From a virus (taxonomy: Duplodnaviria; Caudoviricetes), in IMG/VR virus record IMGVR_UViG_3300036784_000166, positions 1-35,395 of that record: 35,395 nt of DNA; one strand, given 5' to 3'. Below, piece after piece: positions 16,031 to 25,589 of this stretch. A model generated the notes under the pieces. The model was not told the origin of the DNA. It saw only the letters and a list, made by a program, of their open reading frames with translations, and made no database searches. The stretch's first letter is position 1. Each line of letters begins with the position of its first letter. A program made the position numbers and the translations under genes.

Positions 16031-16420
16031 TTATAATTTCAGCCGCACGACCGGGAACGCGATCCGTTCAAATCCGTGGTTCACCGCGATTTCGAGCACA
16101 GTCGGGTCGGACGCGATGAAATACATTTCCCGGATGCCAAAAGTGGATGCGAGGAGCTGTTGGCCTTTCACGAGGTCCCGGATCGCCTGGGGCTTATAGA
16201 CCGCGTCGGCCTTGGGATTCATCGCGACAGATTCAAGCACGAGCGCCTGTTGGGATGGCAAGTGCGCGATATTCCCGCCGTCCGTGTAGCTCGTGACGAT
16301 CCGCAAGGTCGGATACGTCAGGATCGCGGGATCGAAAGCGTTCTTGGGATTCGCAATTAACCACTCGGCGATTTCCTCAGTGTTTTTCGGATCGCCAATT
16401 TTCATTTTGAGTTGCGTCAT
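16031..16420 (-). CDS. GNAT-fold-like virion assembly protein (P22 gp14 position)
   Basis: 129 aa ending ...AVNHGFERI; lies before the ejection genes. Confidence 0.5.
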   Translation of the reverse strand: MTQLKMKIGDPKNTEEIAEWLIANPKNAFDPAILTYPTLRIVTSYTDGGNIAHLPSQQALVLESVAMNPKADAVYKPQAIRDLVKGQQLLASTFGIREMYFIASDPTVLEIAVNHGFERIAFPVVRLKL

Positions 16421-16863
16421 GTGGTTGTCGTTTTCAGATTTGCGATGGGCCAGCGGACACGCACCTGTGTTGATGTTTGCCGGAAACCGGACGGAGGACC
16501 GTTCACGGGGATCACGCTCGGGGCTGGGGTTTGCTGATTGACGACATTTGTGTGCAGTGTGAGCCCCTTGAACTGCGGCACGGCTGGCACATACTGACCA
16601 CCGCGCTGATACGGAAAGCCGCGCCGCCAGCGATGCGATTGGAGGGAAGTGGTGCTGACCGCATTCACCTGGCTGCCGTTGTAAGCCAGCGCGGCAAGTT
16701 TTACGGTGTTTACCGGCAAAGCTTCTGGAGTATCAAGCGTTGGCAGTGATTCCAATCCGCCAAGATCGACTGTGTTTACCGGCAAAACATTCAAATGGGA
16801 AAGGGTTTTCAGGGATGCCAGTCCTCCACCTGTAACCCGTTTCGCTGGTCCAATTCCAGGCAT
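16417..16863 (-). CDS. Hypothetical tail-region protein
   Basis: Coupled to tail hub gene; internal LPVNTV repeat. Confidence 0.55.
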   Translation of the reverse strand: MPGIGPAKRVTGGGLASLKTLSHLNVLPVNTVDLGGLESLPTLDTPEALPVNTVKLAALAYNGSQVNAVSTTSLQSHRWRRGFPYQRGGQYVPAVPQFKGLTLHTNVVNQQTPAPSVIPVNGPPSGFRQTSTQVRVRWPIANLKTTTT

Positions 16864-19574
16864 TAGCGACCTCCGAGCGATTTGTACGCCATGAAAATTT
16901 CATAAATGTTATCGACCTGATCGGCATTCGCGAGGTTGATTTGGATTCCAATCCAACGCGATGCTGGAGTGATCGTCTGATAGACCTTTTGCGTCATAAA
17001 TGTGCCGTTCCTTCGATTGAACGCCGTGGATGTATCGACCAGATTCGCAGCAATGGAGGTGTAAATTGCCACGGCTGGAGCCTCGTCCGAGCAAATCAGG
17101 ACATCGGTAATTGGCTGTGCATTGTTCGTGACTTGGAACGTGGCCGGATATCCCGTGCGTGTAGGTTCGTTGTAACTGCCAACTCCGATATAGCTGAACC
17201 GCGAACCGTAATCTGGCACGACAGACAAGAGCCCCAATTTCATAATCGGGGCGTATGACAGGCCGTTATCGTTGAATGCCGAGGTGCTCAGTTGCAGCGC
17301 TTTCGTTCCATTCGACGCCATCAAAACATAGTTGCCGGGCGAAATTTCGCCGCTATAGATATATTTGGCAGCGAAGGTCCAGGGCGGCATCCACTGATCC
17401 TGATCCACGTCATACACATAGAGTTTGGTCCCGGTCGAAAGGATCAACCAATGAAAACGGCCCGCCGTGTGAAATGTGACCGAGGATGTGGCCGGATTAA
17501 TGCCAGCAAGATCGTTGCGGATGAGCGTCGAAAGTTCATTCAGGTTCGTGCCATCGGACGCCCACACCTGTTGCGCTGAATCGAGCCAGGCCACGACGCC
17601 GCCCAATTGGGAAATGCAAGTAAGGTTGCGACATCCACGGCGCGTTGAAACTGCATAGCGAACGAACGTGTCGAGCGTGTTGCCCTGAACTACATAAATG
17701 CGCCCGCCCGATAGAACTCCCAACGCCTGATTCGCTCCAATTCCAGTTACCGCCAGCGCTTGAAGCGGCTGATCGAAAGACCAGAAGTTCCCAGCGATCC
17801 CCGAAGGCATCGATTCCTCGGGAACGCCAATCGTGATTTCCTCTAGGCCCGTGAACCACACTTTGTTTCCAGTGAATCCCCAAATGCGCCCGGAGTAGTA
17901 AACCATCCCGCGCATTGGAGTAGGCGGATCATTGAATGTAGGTATCGGGGCAATCGATAATGCGTTTAGGTTTGCATCAGCCGCACTATCGTTTATGTTT
18001 GCATTCGCATTTGGAACGGGCGAATTCGGAATTTCAAAATAAGCCTGTCCACCAAGCCCGGTCGCGGAATCCGTCGTGCGAAAAATGCGGATTTGATTGA
18101 CCTGTGGATCGGTGGATGCGACAACCGGAATCACGATATGGTCGATGCCTGTCGTTGCCGTGATGTTGATTAAGAATCCAGCTCCAACGCCCGGCTGCGC
18201 TCCTGCCGTCGTGGTCGGCACGGCGTTCTGTTTGGCATAATCCGAGCCTCCTGCGGTTATCGTATACGTTAGTACTTGCCCACCGCCCCCAACTGTATTG
18301 ATGATGTAAGTCGCGTCCTTATTCCCCGCCTCAACGATACCTGTATCATTCACGACGTATCCGTGGCCCGCACCTGCGAGCGTGCTCGCCGAAATCTGAT
18401 CGCCGAACGGACCAATGAGATTCGATGGTGGTGATGGCGATCCAACGTGACCAGTATTTGAATTACAATAACAAACGACATACTGATAACCCACGAACGA
18501 ATCCATCGAGCCTGCACCGGAGGTTGAGACGACTGGACCGCCAGAGCTGAAAACAACGATTTGCGCTGAATCAAGTGAAAAAGTCACATTCCACGCGCTA
18601 CCTGCGGGCGGCAAGACGTTGCTCGCATCGCCATAACACACGAGCTGGACGCCAAAATTTGACGCATTGATTAGTGCGGGACTAAGATTGGTTGTGCCCC
18701 ATAAGTCCGATGAACCACCAAAAGGGATCGTGATGTCCGTTGTCGAGGACAAAAATGATACCCGCGCCGATCCCGCTCGAACGCCAGCGACAATTAAGTA
18801 AGCGACAATGCCCGGCGAAATTGGGAATCCCGAATTCACCGTGACGTGTCCAGTGACATTTACCTGGACACCCTGAATCGTGTTCGCGGTCTGAATCGGA
18901 ATTCCGCCAAAACCGTAGTTCGTACAATTCAGATAGTTCGTAGGGAGCTGGTTTGTGCTGGAGCCCGCCACTTTGGTTACAAGTGCCGTCGCGTAAGCGC
19001 TATCCGGCGCACCCTGGATATTGGTTGGATTTGTCCAAGTATGGCTGCCTGAAATGACGGTCCCGCCATCCGCGCCGGTGCCGCAATACTCGTTATTTGA
19101 GGTTGCGGCACTGTAGGTGCCGATCCCCCAATTTGATAGACCATTGATCGGGTCCCATTTACGAACATAGAAGCCATTCGAAAAATAAACAGTGTTGTTC
19201 GATACGACGAAATCGTATGGCGTGTTCGTTGCGGTCGGTTCTGTAAAGAGCGAAACAAAACTGTTGTCCGTACCAACTTGGAGCTTGTATACGACGGCGA
19301 AACCACTAGCATTAATGTCACAGGCCATGACAATGAAAGTGCCGTCGAATCGATCCCAGGTGAATAGGCGTTGCAGGTTATTGAACGTAGTTGGTGTTTG
19401 CTCGACGAAATTGGCAAATCCAGGACGGCGTTCAGCGAATCCGCCAATGCTCGTCAAAATATCGAACGATCCGGTCGTGAAGTGTGGATCAGTTGAGGTT
19501 GGCGAGGTCAAGGTGATATACGGGATCGCCGTATTCGAGATGACGCGGTGCGCGAGTTGGGATTCTTGTGCCAA
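16863..19574 (-). CDS. Tail hub/nozzle protein (P22 gp10 / tail tubular B-like) with inserted beta-rich domains
   Basis: 903 aa; propeller-like N- and C-terminal parts around a T/G/N-rich insertion; synteny. Confidence 0.7.
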   Translation of the reverse strand: MAQESQLAHRVISNTAIPYITLTSPTSTDPHFTTGSFDILTSIGGFAERRPGFANFVEQTPTTFNNLQRLFTWDRFDGTFIVMACDINASGFAVVYKLQVGTDNSFVSLFTEPTATNTPYDFVVSNNTVYFSNGFYVRKWDPINGLSNWGIGTYSAATSNNEYCGTGADGGTVISGSHTWTNPTNIQGAPDSAYATALVTKVAGSSTNQLPTNYLNCTNYGFGGIPIQTANTIQGVQVNVTGHVTVNSGFPISPGIVAYLIVAGVRAGSARVSFLSSTTDITIPFGGSSDLWGTTNLSPALINASNFGVQLVCYGDASNVLPPAGSAWNVTFSLDSAQIVVFSSGGPVVSTSGAGSMDSFVGYQYVVCYCNSNTGHVGSPSPPSNLIGPFGDQISASTLAGAGHGYVVNDTGIVEAGNKDATYIINTVGGGGQVLTYTITAGGSDYAKQNAVPTTTAGAQPGVGAGFLINITATTGIDHIVIPVVASTDPQVNQIRIFRTTDSATGLGGQAYFEIPNSPVPNANANINDSAADANLNALSIAPIPTFNDPPTPMRGMVYYSGRIWGFTGNKVWFTGLEEITIGVPEESMPSGIAGNFWSFDQPLQALAVTGIGANQALGVLSGGRIYVVQGNTLDTFVRYAVSTRRGCRNLTCISQLGGVVAWLDSAQQVWASDGTNLNELSTLIRNDLAGINPATSSVTFHTAGRFHWLILSTGTKLYVYDVDQDQWMPPWTFAAKYIYSGEISPGNYVLMASNGTKALQLSTSAFNDNGLSYAPIMKLGLLSVVPDYGSRFSYIGVGSYNEPTRTGYPATFQVTNNAQPITDVLICSDEAPAVAIYTSIAANLVDTSTAFNRRNGTFMTQKVYQTITPASRWIGIQINLANADQVDNIYEIFMAYKSLGGR

Positions 19575-20555
19575 TTAGAGAATCCATTCGAAAATGACGA
19601 TTCCATTTGCGCCATTGCCGCCAGCCGCATTCGCACCGCCGAGCGCGCCGCTACCGCCGCCGCCTGGAGCCGTAGGAATATTTCCAGTTCCGGTTATTCC
19701 GGGACTGCCTGCGCCACCTCCCAGGATTGAGCTGGCACCCGCGCCAGCCATCGTCAAGCTTGCGCCTACCGCCGTGATCGATTGGCCGCCAGCTCCGCCC
19801 ACGTTCACATCGCCGCCCGTCCCGATGGCCGCCCCTCCACCTCCCGCTCCGCTTGTTCCGCCAATTCCAGCACCGCCCAATCCTCCATTCGTGACGATGC
19901 TCGTGATGATTTGCGTTCCCGACGAGACGGTTGAACCTGTTCCCGGATTGCCGTTCGCTGCCGAAACGCCGGTGCCGCCCACGCCAATCGAAACGGTGAG
20001 CGTATTCCCTGGCGTTAGACCCGTGAGCCATTTGATTCCGGCACCGCCAGACCCACCGCCAGACCCGCCTACAGTGCTATTGGCACCGCCGCCAGCGCCG
20101 CCAGCGCCAACAACCGTTACCTTTAGCTTTGTTACCGAGGCGGGAATCGTGAATGTGCCATTGACTGTGAATATCGATTGATTAATTCCTGGCAGCGAAA
20201 AACTCAGCGTCGAAGTGGCCACTGGAAACTCCTGACTGAGATCAATCGGACCCGATCCGGTAATGCTCCAAAAGAGCGGCCCACTCACAAGCAAGCCGTT
20301 GGAATTGAACATGCGAACGTAATAAATCGTGCCCGTTGGAGTAAGTTGGTCATTCGCCCACATCACGCTTCCGCCAGGAACCTGACCCGCCGAAGTTAGG
20401 GAAACAAATACGCGCGTCGGTGCAACTTGGCCGCCCGATCCAACGATTTGAGATGGCGCGCTTAAATCAAACGTAAGAAAACCAGCCGCCAAGACCGTGC
20501 CTTGCGGGTCTTGGAACGGGATCGATGACGTGATTGCCTTTGGTAAGACTGCCAT
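19575..20555 (-). CDS. Glycine-rich tail fibre-like protein
   Basis: FTIPASVTKLKVTVVGAGGAGGG...GANGIVIFEW glycine-rich domain. Confidence 0.75.
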   Translation of the reverse strand: MAVLPKAITSSIPFQDPQGTVLAAGFLTFDLSAPSQIVGSGGQVAPTRVFVSLTSAGQVPGGSVMWANDQLTPTGTIYYVRMFNSNGLLVSGPLFWSITGSGPIDLSQEFPVATSTLSFSLPGINQSIFTVNGTFTIPASVTKLKVTVVGAGGAGGGANSTVGGSGGGSGGAGIKWLTGLTPGNTLTVSIGVGGTGVSAANGNPGTGSTVSSGTQIITSIVTNGGLGGAGIGGTSGAGGGGAAIGTGGDVNVGGAGGQSITAVGASLTMAGAGASSILGGGAGSPGITGTGNIPTAPGGGGSGALGGANAAGGNGANGIVIFEWIL

Positions 20556-20578
20556 TTAGACACTAGTTAGTTAAGTTA

Positions 20579-21679
20579 CTAAATTCCATATAAACCCGGC
20601 CAATAACTTCTGCCAACCCCTAACGGCTGCTCTGGATACCTGAATTCATCGCCCGAGGCGAGATCTTCAGTCCGCGCCATTTCTTTCAGGAGCGACATGA
20701 ACACGCCGAATTGCCCCGTGAACTGCTCGACCATTGACCCATTTCGTGACAGTTGCGCGCCGCCAGCGCGGGGATCATCGGTGAGCTGATACACCTTCCA
20801 TAAAAGCCCAGCATCCAGCACGCTGAAGTAATCGTCAGGGAACGGAAATGGTGTCATCAAATTTGAATTCGTGACCTTGGTCGGATGGGTCTGGTACTCG
20901 CCGAGGAGCTGGATGATCTGACCTTGGGAAACCTGCGGCGCGTTCATCATGCGGAAAAAGGCTTGCGATGAAAACCAGCCGAGCGCGCTCATCGTTTCAA
21001 CGCCAGCAGTGCGCGAGAGTTCAGGCGAGAGATTCCCAAGGGATGCCAGCTCGCGATATTCAGGCGGATTCGAGTCAAGCCTCGCGATCCGCATTTTGAG
21101 CGGTCGCAGAATATTGGGATTGCCCGATCCGCCCGAATTCGCGAGTCCAGAGGGCGAAATTGTGCCAACAATTTGCGTGTTGGTCGGAACGCTCGCGATG
21201 GTCACGACCTGGCCGTTGTAGCCGAGCGTGTCATCATTGACGATGGTGCCGGTTGTGCCAGCAACCACGACACCAAGCGGCAAATTGTGCGCGTACAACG
21301 TGTTGATCGTGACCGTCGAAGCGACCATTGACAGACCGTTCGGCGTCTTTTGGATGATGAAACCGCCGCCAAAATTGTTGTTCGTGACGCCACCGAACTG
21401 AAGATTGATCGGATAAACAAACCAGCCACCTGTGATTGTGTAGTCTTGCTGATTGCCGGTGAATTGCGCGCCGCCCACGGGCGGCGATCCAGGCGCTTGC
21501 GTGAGCTGCACCAAATTCGTTTGCGTGAGCGAGAGGATCGACCAGCCCCACGGGAAATAGCGCCAGATGGTGCTCGCAACCATATCCACGATGTTCGCTG
21601 CGGGAGTCGCGAGCGGCGCACCGTGCGCATACTGCGTGACGAGATTGAGTGCGTCCTGGGGGCTATAGCTTGACGGCAT
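20579..21679 (-). CDS. Head-tail adaptor-like protein with internal insertion
   Basis: Helical N-terminus, PFPDDYFSVL C-terminal motif, central beta insertion; synteny. Confidence 0.55.
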   Translation of the reverse strand: MPSSYSPQDALNLVTQYAHGAPLATPAANIVDMVASTIWRYFPWGWSILSLTQTNLVQLTQAPGSPPVGGAQFTGNQQDYTITGGWFVYPINLQFGGVTNNNFGGGFIIQKTPNGLSMVASTVTINTLYAHNLPLGVVVAGTTGTIVNDDTLGYNGQVVTIASVPTNTQIVGTISPSGLANSGGSGNPNILRPLKMRIARLDSNPPEYRELASLGNLSPELSRTAGVETMSALGWFSSQAFFRMMNAPQVSQGQIIQLLGEYQTHPTKVTNSNLMTPFPFPDDYFSVLDAGLLWKVYQLTDDPRAGGAQLSRNGSMVEQFTGQFGVFMSLLKEMARTEDLASGDEFRYPEQPLGVGRSYWPGLYGI

Positions 21680-21756
21680 GTGTTACAATCCCCTCGTTGT
21701 TCTCACACCAAGCGGGGCGGGCTGCACCGTTGGTCCCTCTGTGGCCCGCCCACAAA

Positions 21757-22284
21757 TCAGGCAGCCGCGAGAGCTTGTTTCGCCTGAACGTAAATCTCCA
21801 GGCACTTGCAGGCGGGTTTCAGTTCAAAACATCCAGGACAAATTGTGTATTCCTCGGGCGGCGGGGCGGCTTTCAGTAAGCCGTTCTGGAGGATCGCGTT
21901 GTAGTAATTCGGCTCGGGCTTGAACATCCACGTTGTACTGCACCGCTGGCAAATGATAACCGCGAGCCCGTTTTGGTAAGCCTGCCCGCCCGTAGTCCAT
22001 TCGCCGGTCGGCCAATTACGAGGTACGGCATCGCCCGTCTTGGCATCGCGCATGTGCGAGCAGGCATTTCGCTTTTGGAGCTGCGCCTCGGCCTCGATCT
22101 TGCCGAGCTGGAGGATCATCGCCGAGCGGCGATGATCTTTCGCCAGTTCCTCATCGAGCTTCCGCTGTTCGAGCGGATTCAATGCCGTGGCCGAAGCGAC
22201 CGCCTCCTTAATCGCGGATCGCAAAAGATTTTGAAGCTCCTCGGGCGTAATCGAAATGAAATTGCGACCATCCGTGTTAGCCAT
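21757..22284 (-). CDS. Zn-binding hypothetical protein
   Basis: CSH, CQRC and CPGC...CKC; AAGGA SD. Confidence 0.7.
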   Translation of the reverse strand: MANTDGRNFISITPEELQNLLRSAIKEAVASATALNPLEQRKLDEELAKDHRRSAMILQLGKIEAEAQLQKRNACSHMRDAKTGDAVPRNWPTGEWTTGGQAYQNGLAVIICQRCSTTWMFKPEPNYYNAILQNGLLKAAPPPEEYTICPGCFELKPACKCLEIYVQAKQALAAA

Positions 22285-22294
22285 AATCGTTCCT

Positions 22295-22903
22295 TTAGGT
22301 TTGTGCCTGCCAATTTGCCGATTCCATGCTCGGCGTCCAATCGAAGTGCTGCGTCAGATCGCCCTTTGTAACGAGGCCAGCGCGCAAAAGTCTGACGAGC
22401 ACGGTGCGCCAGCCGCGAGTGAGATCGACCACAGTTGGAACTTCGATCCAGTGAACGGCATCGCGGGGAATTTCGGTGCCGCCCATTACGCCAACGACCT
22501 CTGGATTCGGGACCTGTTTCATGACAACGTGAGCCACTTCGAATTCCGGCATGATTTCGCCCGAGGCCAGCGTGAACAGGAACATCTTTTTGGGAGTGAG
22601 GGTCCCGGCAGGATTCCGTTCCACAGTATCGAGATACATGCCCGTCATTTCCGGGAAATTATTGGCACGCTCGAAAACCAGCCTGGAGTTACAAAGCTTC
22701 AAACGCCGAATCACCTCTTGCGTGGTGAGGAAGCGACCAATACGCGCGGCGAGCGTTGCACAGTCCGCGCCGTCCTCAATCTTTACGGAAACGGTGTTGG
22801 ACGCGATTTCCTGGGCCAGCGCGCTCATTCGGAGCGCCTGTTCCTGCTCGCGGACCCACGCCTCGCCCCAACGCTGTTGCGCCGCTGTATCGAGAACCAG
22901 CAC
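22295..22903 (-). CDS. Phage hypothetical protein (head module)
   Basis: 202-aa ORF filling the operon on the late strand. Confidence 0.7.
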   Translation of the reverse strand: MLVLDTAAQQRWGEAWVREQEQALRMSALAQEIASNTVSVKIEDGADCATLAARIGRFLTTQEVIRRLKLCNSRLVFERANNFPEMTGMYLDTVERNPAGTLTPKKMFLFTLASGEIMPEFEVAHVVMKQVPNPEVVGVMGGTEIPRDAVHWIEVPTVVDLTRGWRTVLVRLLRAGLVTKGDLTQHFDWTPSMESANWQAQT

Positions 22904-22906
22904 GGC

Positions 22907-23365
22907 CTAATCGCTGAGGTCCTGGGGAACCGCGCCGTATTGGACCTGGAAAGCCAGGCTGGGCGTTGTTCCGCTGATAACCCAGCGAACCTTGATGAAC
23001 TGCGGAACGATGGGGCCGTTGTTTACGACGGCAGCGGCCAGGTCCGCAGTGCCAAGGAGCGTGCAAGACGCGGAAGTGGCAGCATCGCCGATCCCAAGGT
23101 ACGGACGAATGAGGAGCTGTTGGCCGAGCCCGCTCGACGTGATGGTCGATGTACTCAGAATCTCGTTGTAGGTCGTGCCGCCATCAAAGGAGGTCGCAAT
23201 GATCCCAACCAGCGTCGGCAGGGTTCCACTAACCGTCTGTGACTGGAAAACAATTCGGTAGCTCGACGCGGGCGGGAGCGTAAGATTGGCGCTCGTTCCG
23301 CTCGTTGTGACCGTGGCGAGCCCGAGAAGCGTCCCGCCAAAAGGTAGCATTCCAAAATTCGGCAT
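22907..23365 (-). CDS. Putative capsid decoration/minor structural protein
   Basis: S/T/G-rich beta protein; AAGGAG SD before ATG 23365. Confidence 0.6.
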   Translation of the reverse strand: MPNFGMLPFGGTLLGLATVTTSGTSANLTLPPASSYRIVFQSQTVSGTLPTLVGIIATSFDGGTTYNEILSTSTITSSGLGQQLLIRPYLGIGDAATSASCTLLGTADLAAAVVNNGPIVPQFIKVRWVISGTTPSLAFQVQYGAVPQDLSD

Positions 23366-23376
23366 CGCGTTTCTCC

Positions 23377-23967
23377 TTAGAGCGCATCCACGCAAAATTC
23401 AGTGATGGCCACGATATTTCCGACCACGCTCGATCCATTTTTCCCAGTGATGGAAAAGTTGAGGTTGGAAAGCGCCGGGATCGAGATCGCGGTATTGGTG
23501 AGCGCAGCGTTTCCGGTTACAACCGTTGTGCCGAAAGCACCTTGCTGCCCACCGGATAGCGTCTTGCCAATGGAATCCCAAATGAGTGTCGCTTCAAGCC
23601 AGCCCGAAGTTGAGGCAGTCACAAGCGATTGGCTTGTGATCGTGGCAACGAGATTCCCGGATGTGATCGTCGTGCCAACCTGGTTCGCGTAGATCGCGAT
23701 GATGATCGTGGAGGTGCCAGCGGTCGTGGTTTTGAAAGCCGCGCGTACGCGGATCGGGAATCCATCAAAGCCAGAACCGAAACTGGGCGCGGCGGTCGCG
23801 CCAAGCACCTGACCGACCGGCTGCGGGAAAATGATGGCCGTGCCGCCTACCTGCGCAGCAAAGAGCTGCTCGGTAGTAGTCACGAGCGTAATCGACGGAA
23901 TGACATTGGCCCCCTGAGCGGGGCTTCCGGCACCAACGAAACGCGAGATTGTATTTGCATTCGGCAT
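23377..23967 (-). CDS. Putative capsid decoration/cement protein
   Basis: Immediately downstream of MCP; T/S/G/A-rich beta protein; AAGGAG SD. Confidence 0.65.
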   Translation of the reverse strand: MPNANTISRFVGAGSPAQGANVIPSITLVTTTEQLFAAQVGGTAIIFPQPVGQVLGATAAPSFGSGFDGFPIRVRAAFKTTTAGTSTIIIAIYANQVGTTITSGNLVATITSQSLVTASTSGWLEATLIWDSIGKTLSGGQQGAFGTTVVTGNAALTNTAISIPALSNLNFSITGKNGSSVVGNIVAITEFCVDAL

Positions 23968-23978
23968 CGATTCGCTCC

Positions 23979-24941
23979 TTAGACCAAGCTCGCGTCCGGT
24001 TTGAAAATCCGGTAACGAAGGTTGATGGTGTCCAGGATTTGCGTCAGGAACACGTAGCGGTAGGAAACCGCTGCGCCGATCATTCCGGCAGGGTCCGCGA
24101 TCTGAGGGCCGCCGCGAATCACGTTGATACGGAATTGCTGTTTCGAGGGGTCCTCAACCCGTGAGGGACCGGACCCCTGGAGGTCCACAGCGCCAGCCGC
24201 ACCGCGTCCCACCACGTACGCCGAATACAGAACGTTCGGCGCAACGCCGGAAGTCGTTACGTTGGTCGTGGCCCAAATCTTGACGTTATCCACGACGCCG
24301 ACAGGATCGTCGAACGGATTCGGCGGTTCGAGGAACACCTTCGGATCGGCCCATTTCATGAGATCGATGAAGCCGCCTGCCGTATTGTCACTCTTGATGT
24401 CATACACGATGTACGGGTGCATGATCGCGTAGTAGTACTTGTCATCCTTGGGGCGCACATCGGCACCCTCCAGGAGGGCTTTGCAGCGCCGCACATCATC
24501 CACCGTGGCGTAGGTTCCGAGCGTTCCGGGCGAAAGCACGGCACTCGCCTGGCCGTCGAAAGCCGCCTTGATGATCGTGTCCACCGATAGGCCAGCCGCG
24601 TAACCGAGCTGCTCGGCTGCGTTCTGAACGATGGGATCAATCGCAGTTTCATCGAGGAGGGTCGAGACGGTGATGAAATCGGAATATTCGGAAACCGTGC
24701 CGGAAAGAGTGATCGTCGAGAGGGTATTGCTATTGCCTACCGTTCCTTCGGGCGCGGGAGTTGTGTTCGCCCCGAGGAGTTGATAACGGAACCACTGCAC
24801 GGTCTTTCCAGACCGGCGTGGAACCATGTCAGGCTCGCAAGCGTTATAAAAACGGAAACGCTTTTTGAGCTGGTCTAAAGCCCTTCTGTTATACCAGACC
24901 GTAGCCAGGTGAGCTAGGCCAGCCGATTGAGTTGTGTTTCC
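23979..24941 (-). CDS. Major capsid protein (N4-gp56-like), exon 2
   Basis: Frame open from GGA 24941 (GNTTQSAGLAHLATVWYN...) with no own start/SD; P..SGKTVQWFRY, EYSDF, AIMHP and ADPAG motifs; spliced product 326 aa. Confidence 0.9.
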   Translation of the reverse strand, partial: GNTTQSAGLAHLATVWYNRRALDQLKKRFRFYNACEPDMVPRRSGKTVQWFRYQLLGANTTPAPEGTVGNSNTLSTITLSGTVSEYSDFITVSTLLDETAIDPIVQNAAEQLGYAAGLSVDTIIKAAFDGQASAVLSPGTLGTYATVDDVRRCKALLEGADVRPKDDKYYYAIMHPYIVYDIKSDNTAGGFIDLMKWADPKVFLEPPNPFDDPVGVVDNVKIWATTNVTTSGVAPNVLYSAYVVGRGAAGAVDLQGSGPSRVEDPSKQQFRINVIRGGPQIADPAGMIGAAVSYRYVFLTQILDTINLRYRIFKPDASLV

Positions 24942-25571
24942 CGATTGTGTTTATGGTTACTGTATCACTACAGCAACGCTCTGCATGTTGCCATGCAGTC
25001 CGGGCTCTATCTTCATCCCGTCCGGGATGGCTGACGTATTAGTCTCTGGGGATACGCCACGGCGATTCAGCGTCATAAAGCGCTCATAGAAGAACGTTCG
25101 CGCCGCCTGATCTTCACGACCATCCATGCGGATGAAATCGAGAGCCAGGCCAGCTTGCTCTTTCTTGATTACCAAGTACGGTAGAATCCCAAGGAGGAGC
25201 CGTTCCTGAGCCTTTCGACCGAGAACCCGCCAGCGAAGCGCGGGCTTCCAGTTTTGCTGATGCCGCTTGTCGGTATAATGTTTCCCGCCGAAATGCAGCT
25301 CGATCCATTTAATCAAGCGCTCGTCGGTACTCGTCATGCCGATATTGAGTATGAAGTGCCAGGTTCCATTGCAGCGTGAACGACCACCACTCGGACGCGC
25401 CCTGACAGCATCTTCCGCAGGACGGCTGCGACCAATGGTTATATGGCCTTCGCCATCCATCAGTCCAGCCAGGTATGCGTAAGTAACCTTCTTACTCAAT
25501 CGCGTCTTTCCTCCGTCTCTGCCACATGGGCCTTTGACGGATATAGTCAGCTTTAACCCGACCTAAAATTA
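24942..25571 (-). ncRNA. Group I self-splicing intron (630 nt) in MCP gene
   Basis: P1 CCCGGCU/GGUCGGG with U-G at splice site; P3 GCUGAC/GUCAGC; P4 UCCGUC/GACGGA; R CAGAGACUA; S AAGAUAGAGCCC; P8; GNRA-capped P9 and P9.1; terminal G; excision restores frame. Confidence 0.92.
24957..25499 (-). CDS. Intron-encoded LAGLIDADG homing endonuclease (single motif)
   Basis: YAYLAGLMDGEG, FGG and LPYLVIKKEQA motifs; TTG start after GGAGG. Confidence 0.92.
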   Translation of the reverse strand: MSKKVTYAYLAGLMDGEGHITIGRSRPAEDAVRARPSGGRSRCNGTWHFILNIGMTSTDERLIKWIELHFGGKHYTDKRHQQNWKPALRWRVLGRKAQERLLLGILPYLVIKKEQAGLALDFIRMDGREDQAARTFFYERFMTLNRRGVSPETNTSAIPDGMKIEPGLHGNMQSVAVVIQ

Positions 25572-25589
25572 AGCCGGGGAATATGCCAT
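25572..25589 (-). CDS. Major capsid protein, exon 1 (MAYSPA)
   Basis: AGGAG SD, ATG GCA TAT TCC CCG GCT, then intron beginning with TAA. Confidence 0.85.

Noticed and set aside
21680-21756. Hairpin GGGCGGG/CCCGCCC as terminator or ribozyme
   Set aside because: Large loop, no U-tract, no recognisable catalytic core; may only be an mRNA stability stem
23979-24827. 282-aa MCP starting at MVPRRSGK
   Set aside because: No SD; the frame continues upstream to the 3' splice site, and the spliced model explains the N-terminus
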